64,000 nucleotides of DNA from Escherichia coli (GTDB lineage: Bacteria > Pseudomonadota > Gammaproteobacteria > Enterobacterales > Enterobacteriaceae): NCBI RefSeq assembly GCF_003334315.1, contig NZ_QOWR01000024.1. One strand, written 5' to 3'. This document shows positions 22,552 to 32,968 of this stretch, in pieces. Made by a program: the position numbers and the translations under genes. The notes under the pieces were generated by a model. The model saw only the letters and a list, made by a program, of their open reading frames with translations. It made no database searches and had not been told where the DNA came from. Numbering within the stretch: the stretch's first letter is position 1; each line of letters starts with the position of its first letter.

Positions 22552-25113
22552 TTACACCAGGCTCTTCAAGCGATAAATCCACTCCAGCGCCTGACGCGGG
22601 GTGAGTGAATCCGGATCAAGATTTTCCAGAGCTTCGACCGCAGGCGAAGTTTCTTCTGGTACTGACAGCAAAGACATTTGCGTACCATCCACTTGCGTAG
22701 CGGCGGCGTTCGGCGAAATGCTTTCCAGCTCACGCAGCTTTTGCCGTGCGCGCTTAATAACCTCTTTTGGCACGCCTGCCAGAGCTGCAACCGCCAGGCC
22801 GTAGCTTTTGCTCGCCGCGCCATCCTGCACGCTGTGCATAAAGGCAATGGTGTCGCCGTGCTCCAGTGCATCGAGATGCACGTTAGCGACGCCTTCCATT
22901 TTCTCCGGTAACTGGGTCAGCTCGAAATAGTGGGTAGCAAACAGCGTCAATGCCTTAATCTTATTCGCCAGATTTTCTGCGCACGCCCACGCCAGCGACA
23001 GACCATCGTAAGTGGACGTTCCACGCCCGATCTCATCCATCAATACCAGACTGTACTCGGTGGCGTTATGTAAAATATTGGCGGTTTCGGTCATCTCCAC
23101 CATAAAGGTTGAGCGCCCGGACGCCAGGTCATCTGCCGCGCCTACGCGGGTAAAGATGCGATCGATAGGTCCAATCTCGACTTTTTGTGCCGGTACATAG
23201 CTGCCGATGTAGGCCATCAGCGCAATCAGTGCGGTCTGGCGCATATAGGTACTTTTACCGCCCATGTTCGGACCGGTGATGATCAACATGCGGCGCTGCG
23301 GCGACAGATTCAGCGGGTTGGCGATAAATGGCTCATTCAGTACTTGTTCAACTACCGGATGGCGACCTTCGGTAATGCGAATGCCCGGTTTATCAATGAA
23401 GGTCGGGCAGGTGTAGTTCAGGGTATAGGCGCGTTCCGCCAGGTTCACCAGCACGTCGAGTTCCGCCAGCGCGCTCGCGCTCTGTTGCAACGCTTCCAGA
23501 TGCGGCAACAGCAGGTCGAACAACTCTTCATAAAGCTGTTTTTCCAGTGCCAGTGCTTTGCCTTTTGAGGTGAGAACTTTATCTTCGTACTCTTTTAGCT
23601 CTGGAATGATGTAGCGCTCGGCGTTTTTCAGCGTCTGGCGACGCATGTAGTTGATGGGTGCCAGATGGCTTTGCCCACGGCTGATTTGAATGTAGTAGCC
23701 GTGCACCGCATTAAAGCCAACTTTCAGCGTGTCCAGGCCGGTACGTTCACGCTCGCGGACTTCCAGACGCTCCAGATAATCGGTCGCGCCGTCAGCCAGC
23801 GCGCGCCACTCATCCAGCTCTTCGTTATAGCCCGATGCGATAACACCACCGTCGCGTACCAGCACCGGCGGTGTGTCGATGATTGCTCGCTCCAGCAGAT
23901 CGCGCAGCTCGGCAAACTCGCCCATCTTCTCACGTAGCGCCTGTACCGGTGCACTATCGACAGTTTCTAACTGCGCACGCAGCTCCGGCAGTTGCTGGAA
24001 AGCGTGGCGCATACGGGCCAGATCGCGTGGGCGAGCAGTTCGTAAAGCCAGACGTGCCAGAATACGTTCCAGGTCGCCGACCTGACGCAGTACCGGCTGT
24101 AGCCCGGCGGTGAAATCCTGCAATGCGCCAATAGTTTGCTGGCGCTCAAGCAACACGCGGGTATCGCGCACTGGCATATGCAGCCAGCGTTTCAGCATAC
24201 GGCTGCCCATCGGCGTGACGGTGCAGTCGAGCACAGAAGCCAGCGTATTTTCCGCACCACCCGCCAGGTTCTGGGTGATTTCCAGATTACGACGCGTCGC
24301 GGCATCCATAATGATGCTGTCCTGCTCACGTTCCATGGTGATGGAACGAATATGCGGCAGAGTCGTACGTTGGGTATCTTTCGCATACTGCAACAGACAA
24401 CCGGCAGCACAAAGTCCGCGCGGCGCGTTCTCGACGCCAAAACCGACCAGATCGCGGGTCCCAAATTGCAGATTCAACTGCTGGCGCGCGGTGTCGATTT
24501 CAAACTCCCACAGCGGGCGACGGCGCAGGCCGCGACGGCCTTCAATTAACGACATTTCAGCAAAATCTTCTGCATACAGCAGTTCCGCAGGATTAGTGCG
24601 TTGCAGTTCTGCCGCCATCGTTTCGCGGTCAGCCGGTTCGCTCAGGCGAAAACGCCCGGAACTGATATCCAGCGTCGCGTAGCCGAAACCTTTGCTGTCC
24701 TGCCAGATAGCCGCCAGCAGGTTGTCCTGACGCTCCTGCAACAGGGCTTCATCGCTGATGGTGCCTGGCGTAACGATACGCACAACTTTGCGCTCAACCG
24801 GACCTTTGCTGGTCGCCGGATCGCCAATTTGTTCGCAGATGGCAACGGACTCTCCCTGATTCACCAGTTTGGCGAGATAGTTTTCCACCGCATGGTAGGG
24901 AATCCCCGCCATCGGGATCGGCTCTCCCGCCGAAGCACCGCGTTTGGTCAGTGAAATATCCAGCAGTTGCGACGCGCGTTTTGCGTCGTCATAAAACAGT
25001 TCATAAAAATCACCCATCCGGTAAAACAGCAGGATCTCGGGATGCTGGGCTTTCAGCCTGAGATACTGCTGCATCATGGGCGTATGGGCGTCGAAATTTT
25101 CTATTGCACTCAT
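22552..25113 (-). CDS. mutS: DNA mismatch repair protein MutS, 853 aa
   Basis: [40 protein letters not shown]...; Walker [10 protein letters not shown]; full length. Confidence 0.97.
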   Translation of the reverse strand: MSAIENFDAHTPMMQQYLRLKAQHPEILLFYRMGDFYELFYDDAKRASQLLDISLTKRGASAGEPIPMAGIPYHAVENYLAKLVNQGESVAICEQIGDPATSKGPVERKVVRIVTPGTISDEALLQERQDNLLAAIWQDSKGFGYATLDISSGRFRLSEPADRETMAAELQRTNPAELLYAEDFAEMSLIEGRRGLRRRPLWEFEIDTARQQLNLQFGTRDLVGFGVENAPRGLCAAGCLLQYAKDTQRTTLPHIRSITMEREQDSIIMDAATRRNLEITQNLAGGAENTLASVLDCTVTPMGSRMLKRWLHMPVRDTRVLLERQQTIGALQDFTAGLQPVLRQVGDLERILARLALRTARPRDLARMRHAFQQLPELRAQLETVDSAPVQALREKMGEFAELRDLLERAIIDTPPVLVRDGGVIASGYNEELDEWRALADGATDYLERLEVRERERTGLDTLKVGFNAVHGYYIQISRGQSHLAPINYMRRQTLKNAERYIIPELKEYEDKVLTSKGKALALEKQLYEELFDLLLPHLEALQQSASALAELDVLVNLAERAYTLNYTCPTFIDKPGIRITEGRHPVVEQVLNEPFIANPLNLSPQRRMLIITGPNMGGKSTYMRQTALIALMAYIGSYVPAQKVEIGPIDRIFTRVGAADDLASGRSTFMVEMTETANILHNATEYSLVLMDEIGRGTSTYDGLSLAWACAENLANKIKALTLFATHYFELTQLPEKMEGVANVHLDALEHGDTIAFMHSVQDGAASKSYGLAVAALAGVPKEVIKRARQKLRELESISPNAAATQVDGTQMSLLSVPEETSPAVEALENLDPDSLTPRQALEWIYRLKSLV

Positions 25114-25359
25114 GGGGTTATGTCCGGTTCCCTGATATTAAATGGGGTGTGATGGTTTTTATTTTCGTTGTAATCACATAAGGCGCACATGATACCGGAG
25201 TTAATCATTTCAGGGGAAGAAGCGAACGGCGAGTTCTTGATGCTGGTTCCGGGAAAGATGCTGTTTTGCAGCTTTTGCGTGATGCTTATGAAGCAAGTAC
25301 GCAAAATTGTATCGGTTGGCGAACCCTTCTTCTTTGGAGTCATAGTGCCCTTTAAGATT

Positions 25360-25382
25360 AAGATGTAATATAAATACATCTT
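25360..25382. promoter_or_regulatory. NsrR-type operator (11-1-11 inverted repeat) upstream of ygbA
   Basis: AAGATGTAATATAAATACATCTT, inverted repeat AAGATG...CATCTT 18 bp upstream of the ygbA start; ygbA is a known NsrR-regulon gene. Confidence 0.5.
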
Positions 25383-25399
25383 AATGAGGTGGAGGCAGC

Positions 25400-25753
25400 A
25401 TGTCCGGCAAGCGTATCTCTCGTGAAAAACTGACGATTAAAAAAATGATCGATCTTTATCAAGCGAAATGCCCGCAGGCGTCAGCGGAGCCGGAGCATTA
25501 CGAGGCGTTGTTTGTTTACGCGCAAAAGCGGCTGGATAAATGTGTGTTCGGCGAAGAGAAACCAGCCTGTAAGCAGTGTCCGGTGCACTGTTACCAGCCT
25601 GCAAAGCGTGAAGAGATGAAACAGATTATGCGTTGGGCCGGGCCGAGAATGCTGTGGCGTCATCCGATCTTAACCGTGCGTCATCTCATCGATGACAAGC
25701 GTCCGGTGCCAGAACTGCCGGAAAAATATCGTCCGAAAAAACCTCATGAATAG
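25400..25753 (+). CDS. ygbA: Nitrosative-stress-induced protein YgbA, 117 aa
   Basis: Cys-rich 117-aa ORF in K-12 position between mutS and fhlA. Confidence 0.85.
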   Translation: MSGKRISREKLTIKKMIDLYQAKCPQASAEPEHYEALFVYAQKRLDKCVFGEEKPACKQCPVHCYQPAKREEMKQIMRWAGPRMLWRHPILTVRHLIDDKRPVPELPEKYRPKKPHE

Positions 25754-25789
25754 TATGCCGGACAGGCAGATCTGTCCGGCAATTTGCAG

Positions 25790-27868
25790 TTAAATCAATG
25801 CCGATTTATCAATTCCCAGCCGCTTCATCCGTGACAGCAGGGTCGTGCGTTTCAGCCCCAGACGTTGCGCAGCGCCTTTAGGCCCGGCAACCACGCCGTT
25901 GGTTTCTTTCAGCACGCGCACAATCAACTGATATTCATCTTCGCCCTCCAGGGCGACAACCGTTGCGGCAGGCGGCGTTTCAGGTTCCGGTAAAACAATA
26001 TCTGGCAATGACAGCTGCAGCACGTTACCGCGTGTTAGCAATACCGCGCGCTCAATGACGTTTTCCAGTTCGCGTACGTTACCCGGCCACTCCATGTTGC
26101 TCAAGGTGCGCAGCGTCTCGGCAGGAATGCTGTCGATATTGCGCCCCAGACGACGGGCAATTTTGAAGGTAAAGGCTTTCGCCAGCAGCGGAATATCTTC
26201 CGGACGCTCGCGTAGTGGCGGCAGGTGAATCGGGAATACGTTCAGGCGGTAATAGAGATCGCTACGGAACTCACGGTCGGCGACCATTTTTTTCAGATCG
26301 CGGTTAGTCGCGGCGATTAGACGCACGTCCGTCTGAATGATTTTGTTGCTGCCGAGACGTTCAAACTCCTGTTCCTGCAATACACGCAGCAACTTCGGCT
26401 GTAACTCCAGTGGCATATCGCCCACTTCGTCGAGGAACAGGGAGCTTTTATCCGCCAGTTCAAAACGACCGATACGCTGGGCGCTGGCACCGGTAAAAGC
26501 CCCACGCTCATGACCAAACAGATCGCTTTCCAGCAATCCGGCAGGCATCGCCGCGCAGTTCATTTTGACCATGCGGCGATTATTACGCCCACTGAGATTA
26601 TGGATCGCACGGGCAATCAGCTCTTTACCCGTGCCAGTTTCACCGAGGATCAGCACGGTACTGTCACTTTGCGCCACCATTTCAACTTGTTTAAGCACGC
26701 TGTACATGGCTTCGCTGCGGCCAATAATCTCGCCAAATTCACTATCAACATTGTTGAGCTGCTCGGTCAGGGCGAGGTTTTCATCAACCAGCCGTTCTTT
26801 CAGACGATGGATTTCCTGATAGGCGAGGGCGTTATCGACAGCGATTGCCACACGTTCGGCAATCTGGCGCAGTAAATTCAGATTGGTAGTGGTAAACACT
26901 TTCTCTTCGCATTGCGCCAGTTTCAGCACGCCCAGCATGGTGTCGCCAGACATCAGCGGTAACAGGCACAAGGTTTGAATCTGGTTGCCCCAGGTGTCGA
27001 ACAACATGCGTTCATAGGGGGCTAAATCGTCCCGCTCGTGGAGATTGATCAGCAGCATCTCTTTACTTTTGAACACGCGTTCGGTGAGGGTTCCGGCTTC
27101 ATCGACTTCGCTCTGTTCGTGGGCGGGATGCTGTTTATCAAGATAGTGAGTGGAGTAGATGTTGAGTTTGTTTTTACGGTGGCTGCGTAAGACGATACTG
27201 ATATCGTCAATGTCGAAATAGTAATGGATTTCTTTGGCGACTTCGCTGACCAGTTCGTCCATATCCAGGCGGGAAAGCACCGCGTTGGTGATGGCGACCA
27301 GGATGCGGAAGTTATCGCGTTCCCGGCATAACAACTCATAGTCGACATTGTTAACGACGCGGCTCTGGATTTGTTCGGTGACGACAGAAACGATCTGCGT
27401 AAATGTTTGCAGACGATTGAACTCTTTTTCGCTCCAGGGGCGATCGTCATAACGAATAAATTCACAGCCACCAAAAATATGCCCTTCCGCCGCCAGTGGC
27501 ATCAGGCAATAGTGACCAAATTTTGGGTATAGCCCACCTGCGTCCAGCTGCGGCCAGGTTTCACAAAATTCTTCGTAACTGCAATGCAGCGTATCAGGGC
27601 GCGACAAAATGCTGCGTACCGGACCGTGTGCCAGAACAGTTTCGTCTTCATATTTAATGGGGGTGTCTTTTTCACGCGACGCGTAATAAGACGCACGTTG
27701 AGTCTGCGCTTGCCACAACACAATAGCCGCGTTGTCGGCGAGCGCAGAACGCTTTACCAGTTGCGAAAGAGCCTCACACAGCGAGGCCAGATCGGGCTGC
27801 TGCAATAGTGTCCGAGTGATGTCGAACAACCCTTGTTGTCCGAGATCACTCATCGGTGTATATGACAT
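25790..27868 (-). CDS. fhlA: Formate hydrogenlyase transcriptional activator (sigma54 enhancer-binding protein), 692 aa
   Basis: Start set at MSYTPMSDLGQQGLF; AAA+ motifs GETGTGKE and GAFTGA; C-terminal HTH. Confidence 0.95.
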   Translation of the reverse strand: MSYTPMSDLGQQGLFDITRTLLQQPDLASLCEALSQLVKRSALADNAAIVLWQAQTQRASYYASREKDTPIKYEDETVLAHGPVRSILSRPDTLHCSYEEFCETWPQLDAGGLYPKFGHYCLMPLAAEGHIFGGCEFIRYDDRPWSEKEFNRLQTFTQIVSVVTEQIQSRVVNNVDYELLCRERDNFRILVAITNAVLSRLDMDELVSEVAKEIHYYFDIDDISIVLRSHRKNKLNIYSTHYLDKQHPAHEQSEVDEAGTLTERVFKSKEMLLINLHERDDLAPYERMLFDTWGNQIQTLCLLPLMSGDTMLGVLKLAQCEEKVFTTTNLNLLRQIAERVAIAVDNALAYQEIHRLKERLVDENLALTEQLNNVDSEFGEIIGRSEAMYSVLKQVEMVAQSDSTVLILGETGTGKELIARAIHNLSGRNNRRMVKMNCAAMPAGLLESDLFGHERGAFTGASAQRIGRFELADKSSLFLDEVGDMPLELQPKLLRVLQEQEFERLGSNKIIQTDVRLIAATNRDLKKMVADREFRSDLYYRLNVFPIHLPPLRERPEDIPLLAKAFTFKIARRLGRNIDSIPAETLRTLSNMEWPGNVRELENVIERAVLLTRGNVLQLSLPDIVLPEPETPPAATVVALEGEDEYQLIVRVLKETNGVVAGPKGAAQRLGLKRTTLLSRMKRLGIDKSALI

Positions 27869-27941
27869 TTTGTTCTTCCAGGAAAGCACCGCAAAGCGGT
27901 GCAAAAGGTCATTGACTAACTATAGGAGATTTAGAATTTTA

Positions 27942-28952
27942 TTAGCATATACGCGGAAGCGGTTCGGCGTGTGGTAAATCGAGGGTTCGTTTCACGCCAT
28001 ACAGACCGGCAAGACGAACACCTTTACGTTCCACCACTTCACCAATCAGCGCCGCGTCTTTCCCCAGTGGATGGGAATGTAACGCTGCCAGCACTTGCTC
28101 TGCCGCGTTGCGTTCAACAGCTATTACTAGTTTGCCTTCGTTGGCAAAGTTCAGGGCGTCCAGTCCCAGCAATTCGCAAACGCCACGCACGGCAGGTTTA
28201 ACAGGCAGTGCCGCTTCTGAAAGTTCAATACCACAACCGCAGGCTGCCGCGAACTCATGAACCACCGCGTTTACACCACCACGGGTGGCATCACGCAGCG
28301 CTTTCACGCCGGGAATGTCACGCAGCGTCTGAATAAGCGGCGTCAGCACCGCGCAGTCGCTGACCAGTTCGCCATCCAGCCCCAGCTGCTCACGCAGGTT
28401 AAGGATAGTCGCCCCGTGGTCGCCGAGTGTACCGCTCACCAGCAATACATCGCCTGCGGTTAGCGTCTGTGCGCCCCAGTGAATATTCGCCGGAATTGCG
28501 CCCATGCCAGCGGTGTTGATAAACAGTTTATCTACCGCGCCGCGCTGCACCACTTTAGTATCGCCAGTAACGATGGCAATGCCTGCCGCGCGGGCGGTTT
28601 CTGCCATGCTGGTCACTACGGCTTTCAGTGTCTCCATCGGCAATCCTTCTTCGAGGATAAAGCCACAGGAGAGATAGCGCGGAATAGCGCCACTGACCGC
28701 AACGTCATTGGCTGTGCCGCAAATCGCCAGCTTGCCGATATTACCACCAGGGAAGAACAGCGGGTCAATAACGTAACTGTCGGTGGAGAACGCCAGACGG
28801 TCGCCTTCCGCTACCAGCTGCGCCAGATCAAGACGTGCCTGATCTTCCTGCTCTGCCAGCCACGGGTTGGCAAAGGCTTCCATAAACAGGCTGTTGATTA
28901 ATTGCTGCATCGCCTGGCCGCCGCTACCGTGGGCGAGTTGGATATTATTCAC
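27942..28952 (-). CDS. hypE: Hydrogenase maturation carbamoyl dehydratase HypE, 336 aa
   Basis: MNNIQLAHGSGG ... C-terminal PRIC; matches HypE. Confidence 0.95.
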   Translation of the reverse strand: MNNIQLAHGSGGQAMQQLINSLFMEAFANPWLAEQEDQARLDLAQLVAEGDRLAFSTDSYVIDPLFFPGGNIGKLAICGTANDVAVSGAIPRYLSCGFILEEGLPMETLKAVVTSMAETARAAGIAIVTGDTKVVQRGAVDKLFINTAGMGAIPANIHWGAQTLTAGDVLLVSGTLGDHGATILNLREQLGLDGELVSDCAVLTPLIQTLRDIPGVKALRDATRGGVNAVVHEFAAACGCGIELSEAALPVKPAVRGVCELLGLDALNFANEGKLVIAVERNAAEQVLAALHSHPLGKDAALIGEVVERKGVRLAGLYGVKRTLDLPHAEPLPRIC

Positions 28953-30070
28953 GCTTCACTCTCCTGCTGACGATACTGATACCACGCGGCGCACGCTCCT
29001 TCGGAGGAAACCATCAGCGCACCAAACGCGGTTTGAGGATTACAGGTGTTACCAAACAGCGGGCATTGATGCGGCTTACATTTGCCCGTTAATACCTCAC
29101 CACAACGCGCGCGCGGGTCATCGCAGACCTGCTGCGGTGCCGGGCGGAAATGTGCTTCGGCATCGAATCGTTGATAATCCGGCGTCAGGTGCACGCCAGA
29201 AGATTCAATCACGCCTAAGCCGCGCCATTCGCTGTCGCCGTTGACACAGAACACATCGGCAATCGCCTGTTGCGCCAGCAGGTTACCGGCATCCGGTACC
29301 ACTCGACGATACTGATTCTCTACCTTGCTGTGGGCCGCTATTTTCTGCTCCACCAGCATCACCACGCCTTGCAGTAGATCAAGGGGTTCGAAACCAGCGA
29401 CCACCAGCGGACGATGAAAATCGCTGGCGATAAAATTATAGGCATCAGTGCCGATAACCATACTAACGTGGCCCGGCGCGAGGAACGCGTCGATACCGTT
29501 ATCCGGCTGTTCCAGCAAACTGCGCAGCGTCGGGATAAGCGTAATGTGCTGGCAGAAGAAGTAAAAATTCTGCACATCACGCGCTTTCGCCTGTTGCAGA
29601 GTGATAGCGGTGGTCGGCATAGTGGTTTCAAAACCTAAGCCGAAGAACACCACTTTGCGGGTTGGATTCTCCTGCGCCAGTTTCAACGCATCCATCGGCG
29701 AGTAAACGATGCGCACATCGGCACCGCGTGCTTTTGCCTGCAACAGCGATCCCTGTTTCCCCGGCACGCGCATGGCGTCGCCAAAGGTACAGAAGATGAC
29801 TTCCGGATGGCTGGCAATCTCCACGCAGGTGTCGATTCTACCCATCGGCAGTACGCACACCGGGCACCCCGGACCGTGGATAAACTCAACGTTTTCCGGC
29901 AGTAACTGGTCGAGGCCGAATTTAAAGATAGCGTGGGTATGACCGCCACACACTTCCATAATCCGCAGAGGGCGTTCGGCGGTGTAAGAGAGATGTGAAG
30001 CACGTTCGCGCAGATGCTCAATTAACTGCATCACCTGTTCCGGCGCGCGATATTCATCAACAAAACGCAT
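28949..30070 (-). CDS. hypD: Hydrogenase maturation factor HypD, 373 aa
   Basis: Sequence, length and Cys motifs match HypD; overlaps hypE. Confidence 0.95.
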   Translation of the reverse strand: MRFVDEYRAPEQVMQLIEHLRERASHLSYTAERPLRIMEVCGGHTHAIFKFGLDQLLPENVEFIHGPGCPVCVLPMGRIDTCVEIASHPEVIFCTFGDAMRVPGKQGSLLQAKARGADVRIVYSPMDALKLAQENPTRKVVFFGLGFETTMPTTAITLQQAKARDVQNFYFFCQHITLIPTLRSLLEQPDNGIDAFLAPGHVSMVIGTDAYNFIASDFHRPLVVAGFEPLDLLQGVVMLVEQKIAAHSKVENQYRRVVPDAGNLLAQQAIADVFCVNGDSEWRGLGVIESSGVHLTPDYQRFDAEAHFRPAPQQVCDDPRARCGEVLTGKCKPHQCPLFGNTCNPQTAFGALMVSSEGACAAWYQYRQQESEA

Positions 30071-30342
30071 TATTTTTCCTCGCCATACAACAGCGCGCCG
30101 ACATCCGGCTCAACGTCAAACATGTTTTGTAAGGCGTCGAGAGTGTCGCGTGCTTCGGCTTCATTAATTACGCTCATGGCAAAGCCAACGTGTACCAGTA
30201 CCCACTGGCCCACGCGCGGCTGACCGTTTTCATCGCAGCTGCCGACTAACGTTAAATCGACATCGCGCTGAATGCCGCAGACGTCGACTTTCGCCTGGTT
30301 GCCGTCAATGGTGCGGATCTGGCCGGGAACGCCTATGCACAT
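30070..30342 (-). CDS. hypC: Hydrogenase maturation chaperone HypC, 90 aa
   Basis: Start set at conserved MCIGVPGQ (essential N-terminal Cys). Confidence 0.93.
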   Translation of the reverse strand: MCIGVPGQIRTIDGNQAKVDVCGIQRDVDLTLVGSCDENGQPRVGQWVLVHVGFAMSVINEAEARDTLDALQNMFDVEPDVGALLYGEEK

Positions 30343-31205
30343 CGCTGTGTCTCCAGCCAGTTCAGCCACTGGTCCATCCCTTCGCCGCTGGTGGCGGAAA
30401 TAAGGATGATTTCAATTTCTGGATTGACTTCGCGGGCGCAGGCGATGCACTTTTCAACGTCAAAGTTGAGATACGGCAACAGGTCAACTTTGTTGAGCAG
30501 CATCAGCGAGGCGGCGGCAAACATATGCGGATATTTCAGCGGTTTGTCTTCACCTTCGGTAACGGAAAGCACCGCCACTTTGTGTTTTTCACCGAGATCG
30601 AAGCTGGCCGGGCATACGAGGTTGCCAACGTTTTCGATAAACAGAATACCGTTATCGTCCAGTGGCAGACGCGGTGCGGCGTCGGCAATCATCTGTGCGT
30701 CAAGATGGCAGCCTTTACCGGTGTTCACCTGAATCGCTGGTGTGCCGGTAGCGCGAATGCGTGCGGCATCGTTCACGGTTTGCTGGTCGCCTTCAATAAC
30801 TGCGCACGGAACGCTGTCTTTCAGGCGCATTAGGGTTTCCGTCAGCAGGGTGGTTTTACCGGAACCAGGGCTGGAAACCAGGTTGAGCACCAGTTGCTTG
30901 CGGGCAGCAAAGCGCGCGCGGTTGCGTTCAGCCAGACGGTTATTTTTGTCCAGCACGTCAATTTCGACTTCCAGCATCCGACGCTGGCTCATGCCCGGTG
31001 CGTGAGTACCCGCTTCGCCATGACCGTAATGCAGGTCGCCTTCTTCAGTCTGGCTGGGGGTAAATTCAGGCGCTTTAATGCCGGTGATTTTCATCTTCGG
31101 GCGTGCCGCCGGGGCAAATGGCGCGCTACGAAACGCGGAATGAGGGTTATGTTCATCACCCTCGATATACAGGTTGCCTTCACCGCAACCGCATGTTGTA
31201 CACAT
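30333..31205 (-). CDS. hypB: Hydrogenase nickel-incorporation GTPase HypB, 290 aa
   Basis: N-terminal [10 protein letters not shown] metal-binding motif and GTPase P-loop GSGKTT. Confidence 0.95.
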   Translation of the reverse strand: MCTTCGCGEGNLYIEGDEHNPHSAFRSAPFAPAARPKMKITGIKAPEFTPSQTEEGDLHYGHGEAGTHAPGMSQRRMLEVEIDVLDKNNRLAERNRARFAARKQLVLNLVSSPGSGKTTLLTETLMRLKDSVPCAVIEGDQQTVNDAARIRATGTPAIQVNTGKGCHLDAQMIADAAPRLPLDDNGILFIENVGNLVCPASFDLGEKHKVAVLSVTEGEDKPLKYPHMFAAASLMLLNKVDLLPYLNFDVEKCIACAREVNPEIEIILISATSGEGMDQWLNWLETQRCA

Positions 31206-31208
31206 CGC

Positions 31209-31559
31209 TCACTCCTGGTCTATTTCTATCCGCCGAATCTGTAAACCGTCGTCTGCCACAATCTGCAGCATGTCACCATGACACTGTGGACAGCGGCGGA
31301 CGCGCTGGGTCAGTAGCGTCACATACTGTTGGCATGTTTCACACCAGCATTCGGCCTCTTGTTCTTCGAGGTGCAGTTTACAACCTTCCGCCACGCTGCC
31401 GCGGCAAACCAGATCAAAACAAAAGGCAAGAGAGCTGGTTTCGACACAAGAAAATGCGCCAATTTTGAGCCAGACCCCAGTTACGCGTTTTGCGCCGTGT
31501 TTTGCGGCCTGCTGTTCGATCAATTCCAGTGCCCGTTGGCAGAGGGTTATTTCGTGCAT
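31209..31559 (-). CDS. hypA: Hydrogenase nickel-insertion protein HypA, 116 aa
   Basis: Start set at MHEITLCQRALE; zinc motif CxxC...CPxC. Confidence 0.93.
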   Translation of the reverse strand: MHEITLCQRALELIEQQAAKHGAKRVTGVWLKIGAFSCVETSSLAFCFDLVCRGSVAEGCKLHLEEQEAECWCETCQQYVTLLTQRVRRCPQCHGDMLQIVADDGLQIRRIEIDQE

Positions 31560-31590
31560 ATCGCCTCCCATTAACTATTGCCAGCTACAA

Positions 31591-31606
31591 GCAATAATTG
31601 TGCCAG
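31591..31606 (-). promoter_or_regulatory. Candidate sigma54 (-24/-12) promoter for the hyp operon
   Basis: Minus-strand TGGCAC-N5-TTGC (reverse complement of GCAATAATTGTGCCA), GG-N10-GC spacing, about 35 bp upstream of hypA. Confidence 0.5.
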
Positions 31607-31630
31607 TGTTGATTATCCCTGCGGTGAATA

Positions 31631-31678
31631 ATGTCGATGATGTCGAAATGACACGTCGACACGGCGACGAAATTCATC
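31631..31678. promoter_or_regulatory. Putative FhlA upstream activating sequence in hyp-hyc divergent region
   Basis: TGTCGAAATGACA and CGACGAAATTCA motifs; related motifs recur at 32283-32337 and 43955-43995. Confidence 0.4.
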
Positions 31679-31718
31679 TTTAGCTTAAAAATCTCTTTAA
31701 TAACAATAAATTAAAAGT

Positions 31719-31735
31719 TGGCACAAAAAATGCTT
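31719..31735 (+). promoter_or_regulatory. Candidate sigma54 (-24/-12) promoter for hycA operon
   Basis: TGGCACAAAAAATGCTT with GG-N10-GC spacing, about 35 bp upstream of hycA. Confidence 0.5.
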
Positions 31736-31770
31736 AAAGCTGGCATCTCTGTTAAACGGGTAACCTGACA

Positions 31771-32232
31771 ATGACTATTTGGGAAATAAGCGAGAAAGCC
31801 GATTACATCGCACAGCGGCATCGTCGCCTACAGGACCAGTGGCACATCTACTGCAATTCGCTGGTTCAGGGGATCACGTTATCGAAAGCGCGCCTGCATC
31901 ACGCCATGAGCTGCGCGCCGGACAAAGAACTCTGTTTCGTCCTTTTTGAACATTTTCGCATTTACGTCACCCTGGCGGATGGCTTTAACAGCCACACCAT
32001 CGAGTATTACGTCGAAACAAAAGATGGCGAAGACAAACAGCGGATTGCGCAGGCGCAACTGAGCATTGACGGCATGATTGATGGCAAGGTCAACATCCGC
32101 GATCGCGAACAGGTTCTGGAACACTATCTCGAAAAAATCGCTGGCGTTTACGACAGCTTATACACCGCTATTGAAAACAATGTGCCGGTGAATTTAAGCC
32201 AACTGGTAAAGGGACAAAGCCCGGCAGCATGA
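31771..32232 (+). CDS. hycA: Formate hydrogenlyase regulatory protein HycA, 153 aa
   Basis: MTIWEISEKADYIAQRHRRLQDQWHIY...; matches HycA. Confidence 0.93.
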   Translation: MTIWEISEKADYIAQRHRRLQDQWHIYCNSLVQGITLSKARLHHAMSCAPDKELCFVLFEHFRIYVTLADGFNSHTIEYYVETKDGEDKQRIAQAQLSIDGMIDGKVNIRDREQVLEHYLEKIAGVYDSLYTAIENNVPVNLSQLVKGQSPAA

Positions 32233-32356
32233 GCTGAGGCTTTGCCCGTTTTGCAGGCGTTACGCCTGTTTGGGGATGGGCGTGTCGATGAGTGTCGAAA
32301 ATGACATTTCATCGGCATGTTTTCGTCAAAAATGACAATCACCTGAGGAATGCCTG

Positions 32357-32968
32357 GTGAATCGTTTTGTAATTGCTGACTCCACGCTCTGTATCGGCTG
32401 CCACACTTGTGAGGCCGCCTGTTCAGAGACGCATCGCCAGCACGGCCTGCAATCAATGCCGCGCCTGAGAGTGATGCTGAATGAAAAAGAATCTGCGCCG
32501 CAGCTCTGTCACCACTGTGAAGATGCACCCTGCGCGGTGGTCTGCCCGGTTAACGCCATCACCCGCGTTGATGGGGCCGTGCAGTTGAATGAAAGCCTGT
32601 GCGTAAGCTGCAAGCTGTGCGGCATCGCCTGCCCGTTTGGCGCAATTGAATTTTCCGGCAGCCGTCCGCTGGATATTCCGGCAAACGCCAATACCCCGAA
32701 AGCGCCACCGGCACCGCCTGCTCCGGCGCGTGTCAGCACATTGCTTGACTGGGTGCCAGGTATTCGCGCGATCGCCGTCAAATGTGACCTTTGTAGCTTT
32801 GATGAACAAGGTCCGGCCTGCGTGCGGATGTGCCCGACTAAAGCCCTGCATCTGGTGGATAACACTGATATCGCCCGCGTCAGCAAACGTAAGCGTGAGC
32901 TGACTTTTAACACGGACTTTGGCGATCTCACCTTGTTTCAGCAGGCTCAAAGTGGAGAGGCTAAATGA
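32357..32968 (+). CDS. hycB: FHL complex iron-sulfur subunit HycB, 203 aa
   Basis: Multiple CxxCxxCxxxCP ferredoxin motifs. Confidence 0.95.
   Translation: MNRFVIADSTLCIGCHTCEAACSETHRQHGLQSMPRLRVMLNEKESAPQLCHHCEDAPCAVVCPVNAITRVDGAVQLNESLCVSCKLCGIACPFGAIEFSGSRPLDIPANANTPKAPPAPPAPARVSTLLDWVPGIRAIAVKCDLCSFDEQGPACVRMCPTKALHLVDNTDIARVSKRKRELTFNTDFGDLTLFQQAQSGEAK

Noticed and set aside
25110-25379. 89-aa minus-strand ORF in the mutS-ygbA intergenic region
   Set aside because: It overlaps the mutS start codon and the promoter region, has no ribosome-binding site context and a low-complexity sequence; the region is better explained as regulatory and contains the NsrR-type inverted repeat.
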